Origin: an uncultured Nitrospirota bacterium
GTDB lineage: Bacteria; Nitrospirota; Nitrospiria; SBBL01; SBBT01
Assembly (NCBI GenBank): GCA_964373895.1
Contig: CAYJWQ010000001.1
Location: 15,690 to 79,689, forward strand
Direction of reading: 5' to 3'
DNA: 64,000 bases
In this document: piece by piece, positions 49,176-58,148 of the stretch
Position numbering within the stretch: position 1 is the stretch's first letter
How the letters are laid out: each line of letters opens with the position of its first letter
The notes under the pieces: generated by a model
What the model was told of the DNA's origin: nothing
Database searches by the model: none
Seen by the model: the letters and a program-made list of their open reading frames with translations, nothing else
Translations under genes and position numbers: made by a program

Positions 49176-49994
49176 TCAGATAAGCATCAACCAGAACAAC
49201 GACAACACCTTGGCCTCTTCGCGAAGGAGGCGGACCAACTCTGACACCGCCTGATGTGAATCGCCCTCGATGATTCTTCCGGAAGATCGCTGCTTTGGGA
49301 CCTCTAAGGCCTCGACGTAAAGTTTTGCGCCAAGGGCGCCCACCTCCTGGGGAGCCAACCCCAGGTCGGCTAAAGAGAGGACGGTCATCGGTTTCTGCTT
49401 TGCCTTCATAATCCCAGGAAGCGAGGCGTATCGAGGCTCATTTAACCCCTTCTGGCAGGTGAAGAGCGCGGGGAGCGTTGTCTCAACCACTTCCACCGCC
49501 CCTTCAATCTGCCGATGGGCGACCGCTCTCCTCCCAACTGGATCAACCTCCAGCTTATTGACCACCGCCACATGGGGGATTCCCATCATTGCGGCCACAT
49601 GGATTCCCATGGCGCCAGCGTCGTCATCAATCGATTGCTTTCCAAAAAAAATAAGGTCATATTGCTGTCTCTTCAGCACGGAGGCGAGGACAACCGCGGT
49701 TGAATAGGAATCTCCATCTTTTAAGGCCGGATCTTTCAGGTGGATCGCCTCGTCCACTCCGACCGCAAGACAGGCACGAAGCGCCTCAACCGCCTTTTGC
49801 GGGCCGATGGTAATCGCGGTGATCTTGCCGGTCCCCAGCCGCTCTTTTATTCTAAGCGCCTCTTCCACGCCAAACTCATCATAGGGATTGACAACATAAG
49901 AAAGACCGGCCCAGTCAATTTCCTTTCCGTCCGCCGTTGGAACAATTTTCGACTCGGTCGCCGGAACCTGCTTGATACAAACAGCAATATTCAT
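49176..49994 (-). CDS. etfB: Electron transfer flavoprotein beta subunit
   Basis: 272 aa. MNIAVCIKQVP... is the typical EtfB N-terminus. Confidence 0.9.
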   Translation of the reverse strand: MNIAVCIKQVPATESKIVPTADGKEIDWAGLSYVVNPYDEFGVEEALRIKERLGTGKITAITIGPQKAVEALRACLAVGVDEAIHLKDPALKDGDSYSTAVVLASVLKRQQYDLIFFGKQSIDDDAGAMGIHVAAMMGIPHVAVVNKLEVDPVGRRAVAHRQIEGAVEVVETTLPALFTCQKGLNEPRYASLPGIMKAKQKPMTVLSLADLGLAPQEVGALGAKLYVEALEVPKQRSSGRIIEGDSHQAVSELVRLLREEAKVLSLFWLMLI

Positions 49995-49999
49995 TCTGA

Positions 50000-51160
50000 C
50001 TAATACCCTCCTTTTTTAAACACATCCTCGGCAATCACTATCCGTTGGATTTCATTGGTTCCCTCAAAAATACGGTTAATCCTTGAGTCCCGGTAGAATC
50101 GCTCTACAGGATGCTCTCCCATAAACCCGTTTCCGCCGTGGATCTGAACCGCCTTGTCGGCGACGCGATCAAGCGCCTCGGAGCAAAACATCTTGCAGAT
50201 CGCCCCTTCTCTTGGAATCTTCTTCCCCTGGTCGTACATCCAGGCAGTGCGATAAACCACCGACTCCATCTGGTAGGCCTCCGCCACCATATCGGCAATC
50301 ATCCATTGGATCGCCTGAAAGTTGGCGATCGGTTGGCCAAAGGCCACCCGTTTCTTAGAAAAATCCACCGACATCGCAATCAACTCCTTCGCCGCGCCGA
50401 TACATCCCGCCGCCAGGGAGAGGCGCGACTCATCCAGGGTTTCCATCGCGATCACAAACCCCATTCCCATCTGGCCTAAAATATTCTCCGCTGGAACACG
50501 CACATCCTGAAAAACAAGCTCCGCCGTCGCGGATCCGCGAAGCCCCATTTTATCGTGGATGCGATTTGCCGAAAATCCTGGGACGCCCGTCTCAACGATA
50601 AAAGCCGTAATGCCGCCTCGGGCCCGACGCGCCGGATCTGTCACGGCATAGACAACCACAATATCAGCAATATCGCCATTGGTAATCCAGAGCTTGGTGC
50701 CATTTAAGAGATAGTCCTCCCCCTCTCGCCTGGCCGAAAGCTGAATATTCGCCGCATCCGAGCCTGCCCCCGGCTCCGTTAAGGCATAGGCGCCGATCTT
50801 CTCCCCCTTTGCAAGCGGAGAGAGATATTTTTGCTTCTGCTGTTCCGTCCCTCCCAACAGGATCGACATGCCGGCAAGGCCCACATGGGCCCCCACCGTC
50901 ACCGTGGTCGATGCGCAACCCCGAGAAAACTCTTCCAGCAAAATACAGTAGCCGACCTCCCCCATACCCGCGCCCCCATAGACCTCGGGAAAGGGAAGTC
51001 CCATCAAACCTAACTCCGCCCCTTTTTTAAAAACCTCTTTAATGAGATCAACGTTGTGCTCCTTATCAATCCGCTGGGCAATCGGTTTTAGCTCGTTATC
51101 CACAAATTTTCGAACCATGTCGCGAAGCATGGTCTGCTCTTCTGTAAAATTAAAGTCCAT
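50000..51160 (-). CDS. Acyl-CoA dehydrogenase
   Basis: MDFNFTEEQ...ALTEPGAGSD...QIHGGNGF.... ATG at 51160 with GGAG 8 nt upstream is preferred over the track TTG at 51172. Confidence 0.9.
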   Translation of the reverse strand: MDFNFTEEQTMLRDMVRKFVDNELKPIAQRIDKEHNVDLIKEVFKKGAELGLMGLPFPEVYGGAGMGEVGYCILLEEFSRGCASTTVTVGAHVGLAGMSILLGGTEQQKQKYLSPLAKGEKIGAYALTEPGAGSDAANIQLSARREGEDYLLNGTKLWITNGDIADIVVVYAVTDPARRARGGITAFIVETGVPGFSANRIHDKMGLRGSATAELVFQDVRVPAENILGQMGMGFVIAMETLDESRLSLAAGCIGAAKELIAMSVDFSKKRVAFGQPIANFQAIQWMIADMVAEAYQMESVVYRTAWMYDQGKKIPREGAICKMFCSEALDRVADKAVQIHGGNGFMGEHPVERFYRDSRINRIFEGTNEIQRIVIAEDVFKKGGY

Positions 51161-51187
51161 AAAAATCTCCAAAAAGCGATCTCTTTA

Positions 51188-51964
51188 TCAATCCTGAAAT
51201 TTGGGTTGGCGCTTCTCTAAAAACGCGGATACCCCCTCTCTCATATCTTCCGTCTCACAGATTTCACCGAAGAGTGCGGCCTCCGCAGAAAATCCTTCCT
51301 CAACCGGCTGTTTCACACATCCCTGTATCGCCGAAAGGGCGGCGAGAACCGCCTTTCTTCCTTTCGATGCAATTTTTCTGGCCAATCCCTGTGCCTGCTT
51401 TAAAACCTCCCCTTCCGGAACAATCTTATCAACCAGGCCGATGGCCCTGGCCTCCGTCGCATTAATCATATCTCCCGTCAGGATCATCTCCATCGCCTTG
51501 GAAACTCCAACCAGACGCGGCAGGCGCTGTGTCCCGCCAAACCCTGGGATAATCCCCAGGTTGATCTCGGGCTGCCCCAGTTTCGCGCGTTCCCCGGCCA
51601 CACGGATATGACAGGCCATTGCCAACTCCATCCCTCCTCCCAGACAAAAACCGCTGATAGCTGCAATGATCGGTTTTTTTATCTGCTCTATTTTAAAGAA
51701 AATCGCCTGGCCTCCTTTAGCCAGCGCCTCCCCTTCCGCGGGAGAGGCGATGTTTGCGATCACTCTTACATCAGCGCCCGCCACAAAAACGTTTCCAGCG
51801 CCCGTCAAAACAATCGCCCTCACCGTATGATCAACAGCCAGTTCGCCCAGAACTGCATCCAATTCCGTCAACAATGGCAAAGTCAAGACATTCGCCGGGG
51901 GATTATTGAGGACGACGGTTGCGACACGGTCATCCATCAGATAAGTGACATATTGATTTCCCAA
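51188..51964 (-). CDS. Enoyl-CoA hydratase (crotonase family)
   Basis: 258 aa. ...LTGAGNVFVAGADV...GGGMELAMACH... Confidence 0.9.
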   Translation of the reverse strand: MGNQYVTYLMDDRVATVVLNNPPANVLTLPLLTELDAVLGELAVDHTVRAIVLTGAGNVFVAGADVRVIANIASPAEGEALAKGGQAIFFKIEQIKKPIIAAISGFCLGGGMELAMACHIRVAGERAKLGQPEINLGIIPGFGGTQRLPRLVGVSKAMEMILTGDMINATEARAIGLVDKIVPEGEVLKQAQGLARKIASKGRKAVLAALSAIQGCVKQPVEEGFSAEAALFGEICETEDMREGVSAFLEKRQPKFQD

Positions 51965-52068
51965 GCCCCACCTCCCTTAGGCTCTGTGACATAAGACCGC
52001 AGAGACCTGGCTCTAAAAAGCCAGCTTTCTGGAACAGAGACGCTCAAATAAAGAGATAAAACAGTCTT

Positions 52069-53271
52069 CTAATAGGTAAAGAATCCTTTTCCCTTCTTTG
52101 CACCGGTGTACCCCCCCATCACCATCCGTTTCAGCAATGGAGCGGGCCAGAAGCGATCCCCCAGCTCCTGGGTCAATCTCTGAAGCTCCGATAACACCAC
52201 ATCCACGCCGATTTGATCGGCATAATGCAAAGGCCCCCCTTTGTCCTGGGGAAACCCAATCCCCGCCATCATCGCGATATCAATATCGGAGGCGGTCGCC
52301 ACACCTTCCTGAAGGGCAAAAACCGCTTCATTGATCATCGGCATGATGAAACGATTGATAGAAAAGGTCGTCTTCTTCTCTTCTTGTATCCCCTGGATCA
52401 CCGCCATCAGCGGGACATTAGAGCCTTCCGCGTACTCATAGAATCCGGCCCCGCTTTTTGAGCCGAACCGACCCGCCTGACACAGCGCCGCTAAAATCCT
52501 GGCCGGCGCCATGCGAGGGCCATAGGCATCATACAGGATGTCGGCCACTTTCGCGGCAACATCAATCCCGATCATGTCTGTCAACGTAAAAGGCCCCATC
52601 GGCAATCCAAAACCAACGACCGCCTCATCCATCTCTTTGGCAGAGGCCGCCCCTTCCTGGAGCGCGATGGCCGCCTCGTTGAGGTAGGGCATCAAGATGC
52701 GGTTGACGAGAAAGCCTGCGCACTCTTGCACCCGAATCGGGATTTTACGAAGGCCCTCTGAAAAGGCAATGACGTCATCAATCGTCTCTTGCGATGTCGC
52801 AAGACCGGAAATAACCTCAACCAATTTCATCACCGGGGCCGGATTAAAGAAATGCATTCCGATGACCTTCTCCGGCCTCTTGGCCGCAACGGCAATGGCC
52901 GAAATCGGAAGAGAGGAGGTATTGCTGGCAAAGATGGCGCCTTCAGAACAAACCGTCGTAAGTTCCGAAAAGAGCCTCTGTTTTACGGCAAGATCTTCAA
53001 AAACAGCCTCAATCACCAGGTCCACATCGGAAAATCCAGAATAATCGACCGCGCCGGTGACCAGGGCCATCTTTGCCGTAAGATCGGATTCCGTCATCTT
53101 CCCTTTGTCCACCCGGCCCTGGTAAATCTTGCGAACGGTTTTAAGGCCGCAATCCACCGCCTCCTGATTGACATCTTTCAGGATGACAGGAATCCCGGCA
53201 TAGGATATGACCTGCGCGATCCCAGCCCCCATGGTCCCCGATCCAATGACTGCCGCCTTATAGATATACAT
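52069..53271 (-). CDS. 3-hydroxyacyl-CoA dehydrogenase
   Basis: 400 aa. AAVIGSGTMGAGIA Rossmann motif and a duplicated C-terminal helical domain. Confidence 0.9.
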   Translation of the reverse strand: MYIYKAAVIGSGTMGAGIAQVISYAGIPVILKDVNQEAVDCGLKTVRKIYQGRVDKGKMTESDLTAKMALVTGAVDYSGFSDVDLVIEAVFEDLAVKQRLFSELTTVCSEGAIFASNTSSLPISAIAVAAKRPEKVIGMHFFNPAPVMKLVEVISGLATSQETIDDVIAFSEGLRKIPIRVQECAGFLVNRILMPYLNEAAIALQEGAASAKEMDEAVVGFGLPMGPFTLTDMIGIDVAAKVADILYDAYGPRMAPARILAALCQAGRFGSKSGAGFYEYAEGSNVPLMAVIQGIQEEKKTTFSINRFIMPMINEAVFALQEGVATASDIDIAMMAGIGFPQDKGGPLHYADQIGVDVVLSELQRLTQELGDRFWPAPLLKRMVMGGYTGAKKGKGFFTY

Positions 53272-53284
53272 CGCTCTGCCCCGC

Positions 53285-54475
53285 TTATTTCCTCTCTAAG
53301 ACCATGGCCGATCCGATTCCCCCGCCGACACAGAGCGAGGCAACCCCCAGCGAAAGATTTCTCCGCTTCATTTCTTTAAGCAACGTGATCACAAGGCGCG
53401 TTCCACTCATCCCAACAGGATGGCCGAGGGCGATGGCCCCGCCATTCACGTTGACCATTTCCCTTTTTAATCCCAGGGCGCGCTCGACGGCCAGGTACTG
53501 TACCGCAAACGCCTCATTCACCTCAATCAGTTGAATATCCGAAAGCATTAAACCGGCCTTTTTAAGGGCAGCCGGTATGGCGAGGGCCGGCCCGATTCCC
53601 ATTCGCTGCGGCTCAACACCCACAGAGGCGTACGACTTGACATACCCCAGCGGCTCTTTTCCCAACGATTCGGCCCGTTCTTTGGACATAATCAAAAGCG
53701 CGGCCGCGCCATCGCTGATCGGGCAGGCGTTCCCGGGGGTCACGGTCCCCCCTTCCTTGAATATGGTCGGATAGAGCGATAGCATCTGCTCGGTCAGGGC
53801 GACGTTTACGCCCTCATCCTGGGCAAAGAGCTCCGGCGTAACCTCCTTCCCCGCCACTTTCTTTGGGATAGAGACAGGAACAATTTCATCTTTCAATCTC
53901 CCTTCCCGTGTCGCTCGATAGGCCTTTTTATGGCTTTCCACAGCGTACCGGTCTTGCTCTGACCTGGAGATTTTATATTCCTCCGCCAGGTTTTCCGCCG
54001 TACATCCCATGACCTGGCCGCAGAAACCATCGGTTAATCCTTCCCAGATCGAGTCAATCATCACCGTATTGCGAAGACGGTGGCCAAACCGCATATCGCG
54101 CGACACAAATGGCGCAAGGCTCATATTTTCCACCCCGCCCGCAATCTGAACATCGGCGTCATTGGAATAAATATTCTGACAGGCGTTCACCACCGCCTGC
54201 ATCCCCGACGCGCAATTTCTCGCAACCGTATAGGCCGGCGTGGTCATCGGCAGTCCCGACATCAACGCGATCACACGGGAGACGTTTGTGGCGTCACTAT
54301 ACTGTCCCACGCAGCCAAAAATCATCTCCTCAATCTCTCTGGGGTCTATACCGGCGCGTCTCATCAGATCGCGCACAACCCACTCCCCCATTTTCTGATT
54401 GGTCACCTCTTTCAATGCGCCGCCCAAATTCCCAATCGGCGTCCGCACCCCATCCACAATCACGATCTCTTTCAC
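53285..54475 (-). CDS. Acetyl-CoA C-acyltransferase (thiolase)
   Basis: 396 aa. Active-site NCASGMQAV and C-terminal CVGGGIGSAMVLE. The GTG start overlaps the upstream stop (GTGA). Confidence 0.95.
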   Translation of the reverse strand: MKEIVIVDGVRTPIGNLGGALKEVTNQKMGEWVVRDLMRRAGIDPREIEEMIFGCVGQYSDATNVSRVIALMSGLPMTTPAYTVARNCASGMQAVVNACQNIYSNDADVQIAGGVENMSLAPFVSRDMRFGHRLRNTVMIDSIWEGLTDGFCGQVMGCTAENLAEEYKISRSEQDRYAVESHKKAYRATREGRLKDEIVPVSIPKKVAGKEVTPELFAQDEGVNVALTEQMLSLYPTIFKEGGTVTPGNACPISDGAAALLIMSKERAESLGKEPLGYVKSYASVGVEPQRMGIGPALAIPAALKKAGLMLSDIQLIEVNEAFAVQYLAVERALGLKREMVNVNGGAIALGHPVGMSGTRLVITLLKEMKRRNLSLGVASLCVGGGIGSAMVLERK

Positions 54476-56145
54476 TTTCCCACCTTCTTCATCTCTTCTT
54501 CAATCAATACCCTTCGCAGCACCTTTCCGATCACCGTCTTTGGAAGCCCTTCACGAAACTCAATCTGCTGCGGAACTTTAAATTTCGCAAGCTCCCCTCG
54601 ACAAAATTGCGTCACCTCCTCCGGTGTCGCCGATACCCCCTCTTTCAGAACTATGTACGCCTTGATCATCTCACCCAGAAAAGGATCGGGGAGTCCTACC
54701 ACCACCGCCTCGGCCACCTTTGGATGGCGATATAAAACCTCCTCCACCTCGCGGGGATAGACATTCTCTCCCCTCGATTTAATCATGTCTTTTTTACGAT
54801 CCACGATAAAAAAGTAGCCGTCTTCGTCCATTCTGGCAATATCGCCCGTATAAAGCCACCGATCACGCAGCACATCGCTACTCTCTTTCGGTTTATTCCA
54901 GTATCCCTGCATCACCTGCGGCCCCTGTATGATCAGTTCTCCAGACTCCCCGACTGGCAACGGCTTTGTCCCTGTCTCCAAATCAACCACTCTGGCGAGG
55001 GTATCCGAAATGGGAAGTCCAATACTTCCTTCCTTCCGCCTCCCGCGTATCGGATTCACATGGGTGACGGGAGAGGTCTCGGACAGCCCATACCCTTCAA
55101 CCAGCTTTCCGCCCGTCAATGCCTCAAAGCGCCGCTGAACCTCCAGATGAAGCGGCCCGGCCCCTGAAATACAGGTGTGAATGGAGCTAAGGTCGTCCGC
55201 GTTCACCCCGGGGAAATTATTGATCGCCACATACATCGCCTGAACACCCATGAAAATCGTCGGACGGTTTTTCTTAATGGCGCAAAGAACATCTTTCGTG
55301 ACAAATTTGGGAAGAAGGACCAATGTGGACCCCAGATAAATGGCCAGGTTCATACAGGTGGACATTCCGTAAACATGGAAGAAAGGAATTACAGAAAGAA
55401 AGACCTCTTCTCCCGCCTTTAAGTCAGGCATCCAGTTTCGACACTGAAGCGTGTTGGTCACCAGGTTTCTGTGTGTCAGCATCACCCCTTTTGGAGAGCC
55501 GGTCGTCCCCCCGGTATATTGCAGCAAGGCCAAGTCATCTGGGACAACCGTCACGTTAGGGGGAATGGGCGGCGCATCCCTGATCATTTCGCCCATATCA
55601 TAAACAGGCGGCGCTTTTACAATATGAATCCACTGACCCTCCTTCTTCGCCTTAATCGGATAAAGGAGGCCCAAAAACCAGGGAAGCGCCTCCTGCACCG
55701 ATGTTAAGACAACACTTTTTAACGCAGTCTCTTTCTTGATTGCATCGATCTTCGGAAAAAAGAGGTCGAGGGTGACAACGATTTCAGCCCCCGAGTCGGC
55801 CAATTGGATCAAAAGTTCCCGCTCGGTATAAAGGGGGTTCGTCATTACCACCACGGCGCCGCTTTTTAACGCACCGTAGTAAGCAACCACGCACTGGGGC
55901 ACATTGGGCAACATGATGGCCACACGGTCTCCCTTCTTTACCCCGAGTTTTATAAGGGCGTGTGCAAAACAATTGGACGCCTCCTCTAATTCCCGATAGG
56001 AAATACCCTTTCCATAAAAAAGCATTGCGTTTTTCTCGGATCTCGTTTTCGCCGAATCGGTTAAAAACTGAAAGAGCGGAATGGAGGGATATTCAAGATG
56101 CGCCAAGACACCCTGTTCATAACAGTTTAACCAAGGACAATCCAA
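54472..56145 (-). CDS. fadD: Long-chain fatty acid--CoA ligase
   Basis: 557 aa. AMP-binding signature LQYTGGTTGSPKGVMLTH. TTG start with aaggag 6 nt upstream. Confidence 0.9.
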   Translation of the reverse strand: MDCPWLNCYEQGVLAHLEYPSIPLFQFLTDSAKTRSEKNAMLFYGKGISYRELEEASNCFAHALIKLGVKKGDRVAIMLPNVPQCVVAYYGALKSGAVVVMTNPLYTERELLIQLADSGAEIVVTLDLFFPKIDAIKKETALKSVVLTSVQEALPWFLGLLYPIKAKKEGQWIHIVKAPPVYDMGEMIRDAPPIPPNVTVVPDDLALLQYTGGTTGSPKGVMLTHRNLVTNTLQCRNWMPDLKAGEEVFLSVIPFFHVYGMSTCMNLAIYLGSTLVLLPKFVTKDVLCAIKKNRPTIFMGVQAMYVAINNFPGVNADDLSSIHTCISGAGPLHLEVQRRFEALTGGKLVEGYGLSETSPVTHVNPIRGRRKEGSIGLPISDTLARVVDLETGTKPLPVGESGELIIQGPQVMQGYWNKPKESSDVLRDRWLYTGDIARMDEDGYFFIVDRKKDMIKSRGENVYPREVEEVLYRHPKVAEAVVVGLPDPFLGEMIKAYIVLKEGVSATPEEVTQFCRGELAKFKVPQQIEFREGLPKTVIGKVLRRVLIEEEMKKVGK

Positions 56146-56248
56146 TCAGATCTCCTTTTGCTTTAAGTAAGGCGAAGAAGGCGTTCTCCTTACAGGGTGC
56201 GGATGTTAAAAATCTACCCGATTGCCTATAGATTGTCAAGGAAATCCA

Positions 56249-56277
56249 TTGACAGGACAAGTCGATTTGGATATGAT
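56249..56277 (+). promoter_or_regulatory. Sigma70 promoter of the CBS-domain gene, with an overlapping inverted repeat
   Basis: TTGACA (56249-56254), 17-nt spacer, TATGAT (56272-56277). TGTCAA (56234-56239) forms an inverted repeat with the -35 hexamer (TGTCAA-N9-TTGACA). Confidence 0.6.
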
Positions 56278-56298
56278 GCCGGATAAAAAGGTGGGCCG

Positions 56299-57117
56299 AT
56301 GTTACTGAAAAATCTTGTTCACTACGACATTAAAAAGGTTGATCCGATGAGAACCGTTGTTGAGATCGCGAGATTGATGCGCCTTTTTAAAATCGGCTCC
56401 GCTTTTGTAGAGACAAAGGGGGAATTTATCGGAATCGTCACAGAGTCCGACCTGGTCCGAATCGCCCTTTCCGAAGAAATCCCGTACGATACGCCGGCGC
56501 ATCTCTTAATGAGCGCGCCGGTCATTGAAATCGATATCAGCAAATCGGTCATGGAAGCCAATCATATCATGTACTTTAACGGGATACGGCACCTGGGCGT
56601 CTCGGAAGGAGGAAAAATAGTCGGCCTCATTTCCGTCCGCGACCTGGTACATTATTTCTCAACGGATAAGAAAAGCCCCCTCTATGAGTTAGACGATATT
56701 ATTAAGCCGTTGACCATCTTAGTCCACCGCAACATTGAAACCATCGAAGCCGCATCTTCCGTTCAGTTTGCCGCGCAAAGAATGAAAGAAAAGAAAATCG
56801 GCTCGCTGTTCATTACGGAGGATGGCCAATACTCTGGAATTATTACAGAAGCCGATCTGGTCCGAAAAGTGGTGGGGTACGGCCTTGCCCCGTCCAAAAT
56901 TCCAGTCGGCGTGGTCATGAACACGCCGATCGTCGACATTGACATCTCCCGTTCCGTTCAAGAGGCCAATGAAGTCATGGCAAGGAAAAAGGTGCGGCAT
57001 CTGGCGGTCACAGAAAAAGGAGAGATTGTCGGCATCCTTTCCATTCGAGACCTTATCGGAATGGTCTCCATTCGCGATCTCCCCCGCTTTTTTCAACTCA
57101 AAGACAGCCTCGTCTGA
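56299..57117 (+). CDS. Protein of four tandem CBS domains (two Bateman modules)
   Basis: 272 aa with four repeats of the pattern ...G(I/L)(V/I)(T/S)..D(L/I)(V/I).. with H/RHL... . No other domain is present. Confidence 0.8.
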   Translation: MLLKNLVHYDIKKVDPMRTVVEIARLMRLFKIGSAFVETKGEFIGIVTESDLVRIALSEEIPYDTPAHLLMSAPVIEIDISKSVMEANHIMYFNGIRHLGVSEGGKIVGLISVRDLVHYFSTDKKSPLYELDDIIKPLTILVHRNIETIEAASSVQFAAQRMKEKKIGSLFITEDGQYSGIITEADLVRKVVGYGLAPSKIPVGVVMNTPIVDIDISRSVQEANEVMARKKVRHLAVTEKGEIVGILSIRDLIGMVSIRDLPRFFQLKDSLV

Positions 57118-57127
57118 ACCAAAAACC

Positions 57128-58111
57128 CTATCCGCAGACTTCCGACTTCATCGGACAAAACGCCTCACGCGTTTTATCAAACTGCGACAGGGAAATCCGC
57201 CACTGTTTAAACAAAAGCGCAACCGTTTGATAGGTGGAGGCGTCATCAATATCCAGGGCGGAACCGCCAATCGCGGTTTCCACCATCCTAAAACGGGTTT
57301 TTAGGAAATCGGATGTCCCGCGTTCCACTAGATCCATCGAAAGAAAATATCGGAAAAACAAGGAGAGCGGGTGAAGCCTGATATGAGAGAAAAAGGTTGC
57401 CCCTTGCGCAAAGAGATAGAGGAAGAGCCCCCTCGCCCACCCCGGGGTTTGAAGAATCTCCCTGGCCATTCGCATACGATTTCCAAAATATCTCTGATGA
57501 CGATTTTCATACATCGTCTGGATAGACCTCCTTGCCCCCACAGAATAAGGGCGCACCAGATGGAGGTTGCTTATCCTATAAGTCCTCTCTTTCAGATAAA
57601 GGTACGCCATTTTAACGCCAGGCCTCCCCATCGCAGGATAAAATTTAGCTAAAAGTCTATCCGATGTCACCCCCATACAATAGTCGTAATTTTCCATGTC
57701 TGAACCTGAAATAAAGGCGTCAATTTCAGACGCCGTCAGCAACGGGATATCGGCTGGCAGAAAAAGCGCGGGGGGGAGAGATGAGACGCTTGCACCCGGT
57801 GCGCTCGCGCCAGGACTATTCCGGCGAAGGGCATAATCGTAGGCGTAAAGGGCGTTTGAAAGCAGGCTTTCTTTTTGCTCCAATACTTCGATCTTCTTTG
57901 TGAAGGGCATGGTAGGTAGGGCCGCCTCAATCGCGGCCATCAGCTCTCGCTGCGGCCCAATGACATAAATCCGATCGATATCGCGGGCCATATCAACCGC
58001 CATCAAGACATATAAAAAAAGAGGACGCCCCTCCAAAACCAAAAAGGCCTTGTTTTTTCCAAAGATTTTACAATTTGCGCCGAGATCCCCGGCCAAGAGG
58101 ATTGCATCCAT
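57128..58111 (-). CDS. MobA-like NTP-transferase-fold protein with an uncharacterised C-terminal half
   Basis: 327 aa. MDAILLAGDLG...KAFLVLEGRPL is a typical nucleotidyltransferase N-terminus, and ...LPADIPLL. The last 170 aa or so are not recognisable. Confidence 0.5.
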   Translation of the reverse strand: MDAILLAGDLGANCKIFGKNKAFLVLEGRPLFLYVLMAVDMARDIDRIYVIGPQRELMAAIEAALPTMPFTKKIEVLEQKESLLSNALYAYDYALRRNSPGASAPGASVSSLPPALFLPADIPLLTASEIDAFISGSDMENYDYCMGVTSDRLLAKFYPAMGRPGVKMAYLYLKERTYRISNLHLVRPYSVGARRSIQTMYENRHQRYFGNRMRMAREILQTPGWARGLFLYLFAQGATFFSHIRLHPLSLFFRYFLSMDLVERGTSDFLKTRFRMVETAIGGSALDIDDASTYQTVALLFKQWRISLSQFDKTREAFCPMKSEVCG

Positions 58112-58148
58112 TTTGGGCCTTACTCACGCCATTTCTTAGGAAACGCCA

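Noticed and set aside
54080-54760. Long plus-strand ORFs (226 aa and 208 aa) antisense to the thiolase and fadD genes. Similar antisense ORFs occur at 52789-53379, 37362-37868, 61009-61611, 43234-43605, 23733-24206 and 50111-50479.
   Set aside because: They lie opposite confidently identified genes. Their products are low-complexity and rich in Arg, Pro and Ser, as is typical of shadow frames in GC-rich coding DNA. They have no recognisable motifs or ribosome-binding sites.
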